DNA from: Tubiluchus corallicola
Lineage: Eukaryota > Animalia > Priapulida
Reading direction: 5' to 3'
NCBI GenBank assembly: GCA_030141605.1
Contig: JAQGDQ010000123.1
Location: 248,001-312,000, forward strand
DNA: 64,000 bases
Below, piece after piece: positions 1 through 12,300 of this stretch (within the stretch, counting starts at the first letter, position 1; every line of letters begins with the position of its first letter). A program made the translations under genes and the position numbers. The notes under the pieces are model-generated. The model was not told the DNA's origin and did no database searches. It was given only the letters and a program-made list of their open reading frames with translations.

Positions 1-284
1 GAGGGCTTACTGTACTGTGTTAGGATTAGGCTGTTACACAAACAATTTTTAGCAGATAATAGATAATAATAAACCTCAAAAAGCTCTTATTAAACTAAAA
101 GCAATAGTACAGTGAGATCTTCTCCTTAGAAAATCATGATAACTTCTTTTATCAGGTAATGCTTTGCGTCCTGATTGGAATCTTTCATTAAATCAAGTTT
201 TGTTCGGTGTTACATTTCAATATTCTTTTGGTGTGAATTTTGCTCTTACTGTCTGGCTGATGCAATAATTCCGAATATCTCTAG

Positions 285-399
285 GACTACCTGAAAATCT
301 GCTGCTCTCAGATAAATGACATTGTCACTCTGGTTCGCGGAAATCTTTCATCTGGTGCAAGAATTACTCTGGGAGCTTTAATCATCATTGACGTTCACG
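285..399 (+). CDS. DNAH3: DNAH3-like exon (linker)
   Basis: ag|[38 protein letters not shown]|gtgagt. Confidence 0.9.
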
Positions 400-3300
400 G
401 TGAGTTTTCAGTTTCTTGACTGTATTACCCCTCCAGTTATTGTAGCATTTTGTAATATTTTTGTGCTATGTCCTTGGTCAGTACTTTTTCGATGACAAAT
501 GTGTAACTGTAGGGATGTTGCGAGCGGTGTTATGTCACCTCCACAGTTGATTATAATTATTGATGTGGTACTTATCTGAAAAATTACTACCCACCCCTTT
601 AAATAATGCCCTTTTAACATTAACTTGTCAATTTCTTAATAATTAGTAATTTGAAATATTTTAAACCTAATTAATGTGCTTATAGCAGGGATTATTTTCT
701 ACTTGGGCAGATGAATATAAAATGTGGAGAACAAGAAGCAAGTTGCAATTACTGCTAAGATTAAGCTTTTTGTTTTAATTGTGAAATTTATACCTTTACT
801 TTGTTTGTCTATGACAAACTAATGAGAAAGAGAATATAACACGCAACTTCAGGGAGAATATTTATATCGAAATTAAACTAATACAGCTAGATTTTAACAA
901 CATTATTACTTATTTATAGAAATTGTGTTTTTGTTCGTATAGCCCGAGATGTAGTTGCACAGCTTGCAAAGGACAATGTTGCTAGCGCTACAGATTTCAA
1001 GTGGATTTGCCAGCTGCGGTATTATATGGAAGAAGAAAAGTGCATAGTGCGCATGATCACTACTAGTGTTGCTTATGGTTATGAATATTTGGGCAATTCA
1101 AGTCGTCTAGTTATTACACCACTTACTGACCGTTGCTATCGGTTAGTCTTTATGATTTTTTACATTTGTTATTTATTATGTTCTAGTTTGGATCATATGC
1201 TATTTTATGTGTTTGGAGATGCAACGTTAGCGTCCAAAAAAACTTTGAAGTGTTTTAGAAGAAGTTTGTGATTTGTCAGTGGGTCTTAATTGCTGCAAAT
1301 TTTTCTCATTAATCTAGATTTTTGGTCTAGATTATCTAGAAAAACAGAATAAAACTCGTAACGGTGTACATTGAAAAGTAGCAGTGCACGTTGAAAAGTA
1401 GCAGTGTACGTTATAAAGTAGTAGTGCACGTTGAAAAGTAACAGTGTACATTCAAAAGTAGCAGTGTACGCTGAAAAGTAACAGTGTACATTGAAAAGCA
1501 GCAGTGCACGTTGAAAAGTAGCAGTGTACGTTGAAAAGTAACAGTGTACATTGAAAAGTAGCAGTGCACGTTGAAAAGTAACAGTGTACATTGAAAAATA
1601 AGAGTTAAAGTTGAAAAGTAGCAGTATACTTTTGCAGGACACTAATGGGTGCATTGAGATTGAATCTAGGCGGAGCGCCAGAAGGTCCCGCCGGAACTGG
1701 AAAGACTGAAACTTGCAAAGACTTGGCAAAAGCTGTTGCTAAACAGGTCTGTAGTGAAACAAATTTTTTTGATGGGGCACATCGTTTTTTTCTCACTTTT
1801 TTTGTAGAACTTTTAACAATAATCATGCATTTAATTATCACCAGCACTTTTTTGTTTGCCCAGCTTGACATTTGTGGTGCACTAATGCCTTTTCTATCAC
1901 TAGTGTGTGGTTTTTAACTGTTCTGAGGGCTTGGATTACAAAGCCATGGGAAAGTTCTTTAAGGGTTTAGCACAGGCTGGAGCATGGTCGTGCTTTGATG
2001 AGTTCAATCGCATTGAACTGGAAGTGTTATCGGTTATTGCTCAACAGATTTACAGTATTCAGCAAGCTAAGACGTATGAGTGTCGCACGTTTGTTTTTGA
2101 AGGTATTGCACTTGATTCTTTTAGATTTTCTGTTTGTCATCCTTTTTTACTACATTTTGCATAATTATAGCCTGCAATCACCTGCCTCATCCCTGGTCAA
2201 ATATCGCTAGAAACATTTGTATAAACGTATACATAAACAAATCAGAACACTAAAAAATGTGTAAAAACACTTGTGTATGCAATAGAAAATAAAATGAACT
2301 GCATAACATACTTTGTGTTATAAACAGGCACCGAGATTTCCTTGGATCCTAGCTGCAATGTGTTTATAACAATGAACCCTGGATATGCAGGAAGACAAGA
2401 ACTTCCAGATAATCTAAAGGTAGGACATGAAATTTTAGAATGAGCATTCCAGAAAATTATCTTGGATTTGTAATTTGAGAAGCTCTAACCTTTCCCGAAT
2501 GTGCAAGTTGTATCAATATTTTTGTGTGCAGTTTCATTTACACACCTTTAGGCTTTTTGGAATAGGATAAGTTAGTAAAGTAGTCTAAGATTTTTGTTTA
2601 TGATCAGGAATACTTGTTATATGATATATGCAACAAAGTTACCAAAAGTGTGTATCTTTACTTTCTTGTTAGTTCCATGTTTGTGTCAGACAAATGTTTA
2701 TTTTCCCATGTCAGACAAATGTTTATTTTCCCATGTCAGACAAATGTTTATTTTCCCAAACCAAAACTGTTTTTATCTAGGTTTTGTTTCGCACGGTGGC
2801 TATGATGGTACCGGACTATGCACTGATTGGCGAGATTTCACTCTATTCTCTTGGATTTGTTGATTCTTTTAGGTATTACTAGTATTAGAATTATATTTGT
2901 ATACGTTGGATGGATCATATACATTTCTAGTATTTTGGTGCTTTTCGTGTTTTTTAATGTTAAAAAACTTCCGAAAGTTGACGATTTTCATTTTTATTTT
3001 GAATTTATGTACATGTGCCACTTCTTGCATCTTTCTGCAGGTTTCCTTAACCTTTCCTCTCTACAAATTTTCTTAGTGCTGTTTTTTCCTGTACAAGACC
3101 TGATAACCCCATATTTACTTTCTTCAGTTTGTCAGGTAAAATAGTCGCTACATACAGACTATGCTCAGAGCAGCTGTCCTCTCAGCATCACTATGACTAC
3201 GGGATGCGTGCTGTGAAAGCGGTGCTGACTGCCGCCGGTAATTTGAAGCTAGCTTACCCTGATCAAGATGAAGCCATTCTTGTACTCAGAGCAATTAATG

Positions 3301-6300
3301 ATGTCAACCTTCCTAAGTTTTTGGCACAGGTTTGAATTTCGAAGCAATTTAACTAACTCTAATTTGCTCTGACATGGCGTGTTTTTTACACAACAGTATC
3401 CGACTGTTCCTGAGAGTAAATCCATGAGACTTTACCAAGTATTACGTATAAAGTATTACATATATTTGCAATATATGTGTGTGTATGTGTGTGTGTGCGT
3501 GGGTGGGTGTTTGCCTGCCTGCTGCATGGGTGCGTGCGTGCATGCATGTGTGTAATTTAAAATTTGTGTACAATTGTGCTTAATTAACTAGTGACATTTT
3601 GTTTTTGAGGATGTGCCACTATTCAAAGGAATCATATCAGATTTATTTCCTGGTATCGAACTTCCTGCACCGGATTACGACTTGTTGCTTAAAGCGATTC
3701 ATCACAATCTTGCAAAGCTCAACTTGCAAGCTACGCCATGGTTTGTCACCAAAATTATTCAGGTAACTGCTGCTAATCCAAATATATTGAATGCAGATTA
3801 TGTATTCAAGAAGAATGAATGGGCAATTTCGAGAATAGATAGATCTTTGATGTTTAATGTCAAGCTCCTGACTACATGTTCTCACAACTTTTTATGCTTA
3901 CAACTCTTTTTGTTGTTTCATAGTCTTTTACGAAATTTTTCTTTGGCACAGGTTGTAAATTACAAATTTCTGTTTTATTCAAGTTATCATTCAGAATACA
4001 GAATAAGTCATTTAGTACAATAGAAAAAAATCACTATTATGTTTGCACCAGAAGGTGCAAATATAGCTGGTGATTTGATAATGAGGATTTAGATTGGGGT
4101 AAATTTCACATTACTTGTGCAATAAGCATGCATGATATAATTTTCTTTCTTTGACAGATTTATGAGACAATTTCAGTGCGACATGGATTAATGATAGTCG
4201 GGGAAACCATGGGAGGTAAAACCAGCGCGTATAAAATCTTAGCCCTGGCTCTTTCTGACATCGACAGCAAAAGATTGTCGTATGAAACACCCCGTAGTTC
4301 ACTGCGATTTGATGAATGTGATGTTCAGTATAGCATAATCAACCCAAAGGCTATTACTATTGGACAGCTGTATGGATGTTTTGATCCAGTGTCACATGAA
4401 TGGACTGATGGTAAGTTGTGAAACACACATGCTTTTCTACTTCAGGCCGACAATAAAATACTTCTATTTTCTACTAATCACATACACGGTCTGGAATTTT
4501 ATATTTCTTTTGTACGTTCATACACTTACAAAATGCAATAATTATTATAACATCATTGTTTGGAGAGGCTGCAGCCATGTTTTTCTATGGCTAACTATGC
4601 CAGGGTTGCTGTATTGTATGATGCTGATTATTGTATTGGAGGCTAAAGAGTATAGTATTTTCCACCAAATGAGCATATTAATGGCCGAGTATATCATATA
4701 TATATATATATACAGTAGTCACCGCTTAATAGACTCAATCATTTAATTGAATCAAATAACCCCTCATAATTGATTCGATATTTTGCCTTCACATGCTCAA
4801 AAATAAGACACTTTCGTGTGAACTTTAATGACTTTTTATGTCATTAAAGCTTAGAGTCATAAGCTTTTATGACTTTTATATCATCTTAGTTGGCTTTTTT
4901 CCTATAATATACATAGAAACAATCATGTTAAGTACCGTTTTGTTTGTAAGCAGGAACATTTAGCTACTTTAGCATACCCTAATTGTATAAGCCTAATGGT
5001 TTGCTTTGACCTGCTAGTCCGCTGCAATTAACCTCATTACCCAAGAATTCCTAGAAGCTAAACATTTAATCACTTGTTTAGCTGTTTGCTTTTGAAGCTC
5101 TGGCAGTCTTTGCCAGAAAGTTTAATAAGTTAGATGTTGTTATGCTGTTATGCCAGGGATGCAAATACAGTACAGCAAGTACGTCACAATAGCAAGCTGG
5201 AGCTTAAGCCAAGCTACAGACGAAGGTGCGGAGAAACACAGGCACCGTCAACAGTTTAAGCATGCCAAGCACCAAGTATTTTATGAGCATTTGTGCATCA
5301 TGCAACAACAGACTTTCAACATTTTTATCATTTTGAGAACTTTGTGAGCCAACTTCTTCATGATAAAATAAAGTAGCCGACTTTGAAGGAATTTTTGTAG
5401 TTTTTGAAAATAAGTAGACTTGTATGATTTAAGGTTAAAAAGTACACTTTTTAATTTATTGCTAATTCACTTATATAAATTAATATTTTAAAACATTTTT
5501 TCTAACTTTTAACTGCATGAAGGAATTTAGCCATTACTTCGTTTCTAAAATTCATTAAAAACCTTTGCAGTGCATAGTAAGCTGATGACTCACACTTTGT
5601 ACCTGTAATATACTTTACATCCATCGGTTAATAGGTTCATTCAGTTAATTGGGTCAAAACACGTCGGACCCAAAATGAGTCTATTAAGCAGCGACTACTG
5701 TATATATATATATATATATATATACTACTGTATATATAGTATATATAGTATATATATATATATATATATATACTATAATTATCAGAACATACTGTACTTC
5801 ATATTATACCAAAAAATGATAATTGATAATTATATGGTAATTTAATTGGTAATGCAAAAGAAAAACAAGTGTGAAAGAATCTAGATTGAAAAATTTTAAA
5901 CATTTTGCTAATCAGTGAAAAATTAGCAAACGGCTGCCTTGGTGCTTAAAAGAGTAGATGGTAATTGAATGTTAGTTTTTTATCATACTAAAAACACGCC
6001 AAATAATTAAATTAACAATTAATATAATTACTAGGAAAAGTTGGATGTTTTCGGAAGCAAATTCTTGTTCACAAAGTAACTAAAGTGACAATACACTGTT
6101 ACACTTTTTACTTCAATTATGTATTCAGTAATTGTAGTTTAGTGTGACAACACCGTAAATTTATATAGTTTCCAAAGATATTATAGGATAAAAAACTGGT
6201 AGGGCTGATAATTCAGTGTTGAAATATAGATACTGATAGTTCTTAATAATTAACCTAGGATTGAGAGTCGTGGGCCTATTTTACTATTTATAATTATTGT

Positions 6301-9300
6301 CAGCCAAAATAGGAATTTTCATTAGTTTGATCAGTTGTTTACTTTGACTGTTACTTTGATGAGCTAGTTGTTGTGAGTAATGAATAATCACAAACATTAA
6401 AACGTTATGAGGGAAATTATAGAATATGTGTGTCTTTAATGCATTCTGACTTTAACAATAGAATTAATATCATACATGCTCCAACAATTTTTTTTATTTA
6501 ACTGTTGCACATTATGAAATCGTTATTAATGTAATAGACTGATATAGACGCTATGTTGTTTTTGCAGGAGTATTGGCAAACATTTTCCGTCAGTATAGCA
6601 GCAGCTCATCTGAAAATAGAAAGTGGATTTTATTCGATGGTCCAGTTGACGCTGTGTGGATTGAGAACATGAATACAGTATTGGACGATAATAGAAAGGT
6701 ATTGCATCTATGTTAGTTTATGTGGTATTTAGTCATAGTGTGCAGTCAAGTCAAGAAACTAATGAAGCATTTGTGTACCAGTATCATCACTTAGATTACA
6801 GCAAAGAGTTGTAGAATGAATCGAGTTTTTTGATTGCTTTTAGCCTTTTTGTATAATTTGAAGCTTGTGTCTTCAATAAGTCTTTTGACAGTTTTGGTGA
6901 TTGATGATGATCATAAAAAGATCAAAGCTTAAGTGAACCTTACAACATTATCTGAACCAAACAACGCATTTGTTTACACTTGACAATGCCTTGAAGCCCA
7001 TGCTATTGTAATAGTAACAGTTCTTGGCATTAATTTTCGTTTCATTTATTTCATTTTACATGGATTGCTGCTGCTTGTTAGTTTAGAGTTATACAAGCAA
7101 GTATAGGAAAAAAATAGCCACATATTTTACCCGTAGTTACGTACGTATGTGACGGTTGTATGTAAGATGCGCTGGGTTCACTTAACCTTTGACTGTGCGT
7201 GCACATAGTGAAATGGTGTGTTGGTTTATTATTTTAAATATGCATGTATATTTATATGCCTGTACTCAGTGTTTTGTTTGTTTTGAACCTTTTTGTATAA
7301 TTTGAAGCAAGATCTGCACTGCACATGTGTTGTCAAAGTAATGTTTATTATACTTGTTAAACAAATAAACATCTTAATATACACATATTATTATTAAGTA
7401 TAACACTCTAGAGAATGTGCCAATTCACTATTGCCACATCGTAAACGTAGGTAAACAAAGCTATCAAGTATAAGGAACAAGTTTTGATTGATTGATTTTT
7501 GTAAAACTTGTTATAACAACAACAATTCTGGTTCTCTGAACAGTCTACCTTGTTTGCCCATTGATTTACAGCAAGTATCATGTGAGAGTCCACAAATCAA
7601 TTTTAAGCTAAACTGTTGTAAATTGTAAAATCTGCCAAATGCTAATACCTTCTCTTTGTCATACATTCCTTGTAAAAGCAACTCTGCTTCATATTATTCC
7701 CAACCCACACTAGTTTTAAATGCTGAATTTTTACGAGCATCAATTTTTCAAGTTGGCTTTGCATTGACGATTTTCTTGCTTCTAAACTGTAACAATGTTT
7801 TTTTATTTTGGTTTTTACTTTTTTGCTGTAGTTATGTTTAATGAGTGGAGAGATCATTCAAATGAATAACAAGATGAATTTAATATTTGAACCGGCAGAT
7901 TTGGAGCAAGCATCACCAGCTACAGTTAGTAGGTGTGGCATGATATACATGGAACCAGCTGAGGTACATGTCAGCCTTTGGATGTTTGTCTTACTCTATA
8001 TCCAGTATTACACTTTATAATTCAGAATTGCTGCATTTTTAGCCATTTTATTGATCATTTTGTAAGTATACTAAGAAAGTATATTTGTCAGACTTATGCT
8101 TAAATAAATCAAAGGAAAACCAGACACAATCTTAAAATGTTGGTCAAACAATCTACTCTTTAAAATATTGAAACGTGAAATACTTATTACCACTCAAATG
8201 CAATTTCACGTTCACACTGCTAGTTCTTTACTGCTAGCTAGGCGAGCACTGGCGCCTGCATTTTGGAAATGTGTTTCACAAAAAAGGTGCTGAACCTCTC
8301 GGTTCAGAGGTGTTTGTTTGTGACATAGTACACACGTTCAACAGCTCATGCGTGAGCACGTCCATAAATTTTAAATTTTGAATTTTTATCTTTAAACTTA
8401 TCGAGTTTTAGTACAACACACTGAATCTTTTACGGTAGCACTATACTTCAATCTTCACTTTCGCAAACAAGTGCAATGCACTCATGGAATACTTTGCTGT
8501 TGAAAATATGTTCGTTTGTAATGTCATCAATAGTTGGCCTTGCCGACTTTAGTTAAGGTTTTAAAATAATTGTTTAACTATCACAATCATGCTTTTCCAG
8601 TATTATTGTTGTTAAAATGTATATTTTTTATCGTACTTGAAAATGGGATAGTATGTGAAAAATCATCCTGTCGTTCTTTAAATGAAACTGTATAGCTTGA
8701 ATTTTTGCTGCAGTTGGGCTGGCAACCACTTAAGGATTCATTTATATACAAGCTTAAGGAAGCATACAGCATCGAGCAAGCAAAACTTGTTAATGAGCTA
8801 TTTGATTGGTTAGTTCCGTCATGTTTTGATTTCGTTCGTCACGAATGCAACCTGTTTCTCCAGACGTCACAACTCCATTTGGCGCAGTCTTTAATGAGAC
8901 TGTTTTCTTGTCTGATTGAGAATATCACATATTCTGTAGACATGGGCTCAATGACTAGTGTGACCACTGTCAACCCTGCTCAGGTATGTGTGTCTGTAAA
9001 CGCTATTAAGAAAGCTCACGGCACTCTTTCATTACTAACACATGGAAACACTCTTACATGTTTAAATATAAACTGTTGCATACGCATTACGGATCACGCA
9101 TCACGCATTACATACACATGGAGTCATACCTTTGCGGATGTTAAAATGATAATAAGATGCAAGAATGACACTGATCCACCTTTACACAGGTTATTAGTAG
9201 ACAAAATGTGTCTGTTTCATTTTATTTTGTGGCTTATTCTGTGCATTCTGCAAGACTTTGGTAAAAATTGTTTTTGTTCATCCTGTGTTATGTTATTAAG

Positions 9301-12300
9301 CTTTGTTATCTTATGGTACTGTCAAATACTTAGATAAGTGGCTGAAATTTTGAGTGGCATGAAGAGTAGGTTGTCCTGTTTTCCTTTCCTTCCTTTCTTC
9401 TCCAGCAAGAAATTTATTATCCAATTTTTTTCATTTGAGGGTTGTCTGTATAATGTTACAAAGATTAACAAACTTCCAAAAATTCTGAAATTCTTGCTGC
9501 TGTAATCCAGGTGGCACAAAATATGTTATTACAATGTTGTGACAATATTTTTGCAAATATTGGGACAATTTGTAAATGTGGACTTGCCAAAACATTGTAC
9601 CAATTTTTGTACAATAATTTTTGACAATATTTTTCCATGTTGTGACAATGTTGTGATCATATTGGTAACAACATTGTCACAATATGGAAAAAAGTATTGT
9701 CAAAAAATATTGGTACAATATTGTTTCAATATTGGTACCAATATCATCACAACACTGTCACAATATTGAAAAAAATATTGTCAAAAAATATAGTTCCAAT
9801 GTTGTGGAAGTCCACATTTCTGTATTATCTCAATATTTGCATAAAATATTGTGAGAACATTGTGACAGCATTGTCTTACTACTTGAGAAGTTGTATCGGT
9901 CAAGTTCTTCTGCCTGAAGTAGTTTTCATTTGTTATTTAAACACAAATTAAATTGTAAAGAAAGTGCTTTTGTTTTCCAGGTGACACTGTTTTTGCAGAT
10001 ATTTTTCATATTCTCTGTAGTGTGGACAGTAGCTGGAACATTGGACAATAATAGCAGACATAAATTTGATGAGTTCTTTCGTTCTTTGCTCTCTGGAGCT
10101 ATAGCGGAGAAACCACATTGTTTTAAATTGCCTAAGGTGAAAACAGCTAAAGATTCTAGTTAGTTTAAAGTGCTTCGATGTTTATAAAGAATTACAGTTA
10201 TGCGCTGTGTTGATGCACTGTATATAAGTTTAATATGAGATAAAATGAGAATAATGCTAAAAAATAAAAAAAGCGAAAGTGTAGACTTTTTAGCACACTA
10301 AAAACAAACACTGAGCTCTCACTAATTAACAAAAAATGATTATTTTAAATTGCAAACTGTGTAGACTGTTACTGTCTTCCATATAATAATGAAAATCAGA
10401 AACTTGTAAACAATTTTTATTTATTAAAAAATTAAAAGGGTGAACTCTGCTACCAGGAGAAAAAATGAGTTCACATTGCCTGCTTATACAGTGTAAATAA
10501 ATTATACTGGTTTAAATTGGTATACACACTGTTACTTTATAACGATGTGAAGCAACATCGTCATTTCTCACAGTCATGCATTAACAGTGTATCGTGAAAA
10601 AATTACGCATATTTAATTTTGATGTGATCATGGTATGTACACACTTAGCGTTCATTTACGTCGATGCCCCATTATCACGATGATTTCATAAAGTGGCAGT
10701 GTGTATGCTGCATAAGGGTGCGAACACAATGAAAGCTTGTAAAATCACACTTATATTATAAGCACTTGTAAACAGCAGAGAAAAAACTAGTGTGAGAACC
10801 CTCAATAGAGGTACAAATCCATGCATTCTCATAAAGTCACCATGGGGAAAATTTATTATTGACCATGTGACCTCGACTTTTGACATTTAGAGCAAAATAT
10901 AGTGGGTTTCCAGGTCCTTCCAAGAGCTACACTATATCAAATTTAATGAACAGGCCTATAACTTTGTCCATGTATCCTGTTACACAGATAAATAGACACA
11001 GGCGAGCAAATGCCTTACTTTTTTAGCCTGCCTATACTTTGATGTTATCCCAGAAACGTGAAATTAGGGAGTACTAGTATTAATTTTTTTCAGCTAAAGC
11101 ATGTGGAGAAAAAATAGATGAGAAGCCCTTAGCAATTTCCAGCTGCATAAAATTTTTTCTTTTTGTACCTGCAGACAGAATTTGTTTGATATGTTTCTAT
11201 ATATCAGTTGTTCAAAAACCAATTGTTTCTTCAGTATTTGTGTAAAAGGAAGAAAATGGCTGCCAACCGTACGATTATATTATTTACCAGCATGCTTAAA
11301 GTGCGAAAAAATCGTACATTCTTATAATATTATAAGCTCGGGAAGCAAGCTCTCATAGACTAGCATGGGTGTCTGTCATGTGTGGTTGTATGTATTGTCA
11401 TAGAACATTCTGGTAGCTTGCTTGCATTTATCAGTGCAGGTAGTATGAGCACCGAAAACCAGCATTCGTTGTGCCCGTGCCCTAAGTACGGAAACAAAGT
11501 CACTGAAGTCACTAAGCCTGTGAAACAATTGGACAAAGTCGGGTAGTAGGATTTCTTGCCTCATTTTAAAGTGTGAGCATGGCTAAAACATCACAAGTTT
11601 TCCCTTTCAGCTTTGAAAAGTCTGTTCCCTGAATGCCATTATAATTTTTTTATTACAGCTACTACTAATGAGCTGTCCTGGTGCATTGATTGCTGAGGTG
11701 TGCTGTAATACATCTGAATCTTCGATTACTTTCAGAACTTGATGTTTCCATCAAAAGGCACAGTTTTTGATCACAGGTTTAACACTGCTAGCGGAAATTG
11801 GGTACCATGGACAAACATCCAGGATTTTACAGCCAATAGCATACCTGCCAATGCTAAAGTATGTATTGTTTGGTTTAAACAATGACAGTTCCATGAACCT
11901 TTCGTTCGTTGAAACAAGTGATTTGGATTAACTTTGTTTAATTTAATTTAAGTGAGTCAAAAAGACTGATGCTTTGCTCTGTGTAAAAAACAATTTGTTT
12001 ATGAAACTTTAAAATGCTGAACAGTTAGGAATTACGGAACAGTTATGGATGAATAAATGGACAGATAGAAAGAAGAATTATTGTTTGGCGTAATGCTATA
12101 CATATACAACATACATATCAAGTGTAAATAATACAATGTAAAGACCACTCAAAGTAAATGCATAATTCATAAGTCAACTTCAGTGTGATTCCTGTGTGTG
12201 ACACGGGCCTTTTACTGAGTGTTGCAAAAAATAACTGAGTTGTCGACTGTGGTCTATTTGGACGTTTTTGTATTATGCGTGATTAGTGTGACCTTTTCAT

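Noticed and set aside
1358-1627. CRISPR-like appearance of regular repeats (also 21918 and 41345)
   Set aside because: Head-to-tail units with no unique spacers, no cas genes, and a eukaryotic intron context.
1286-1729. 147-aa minus-strand repetitive ORF
   Set aside because: Artefact of the 20-bp minisatellite.
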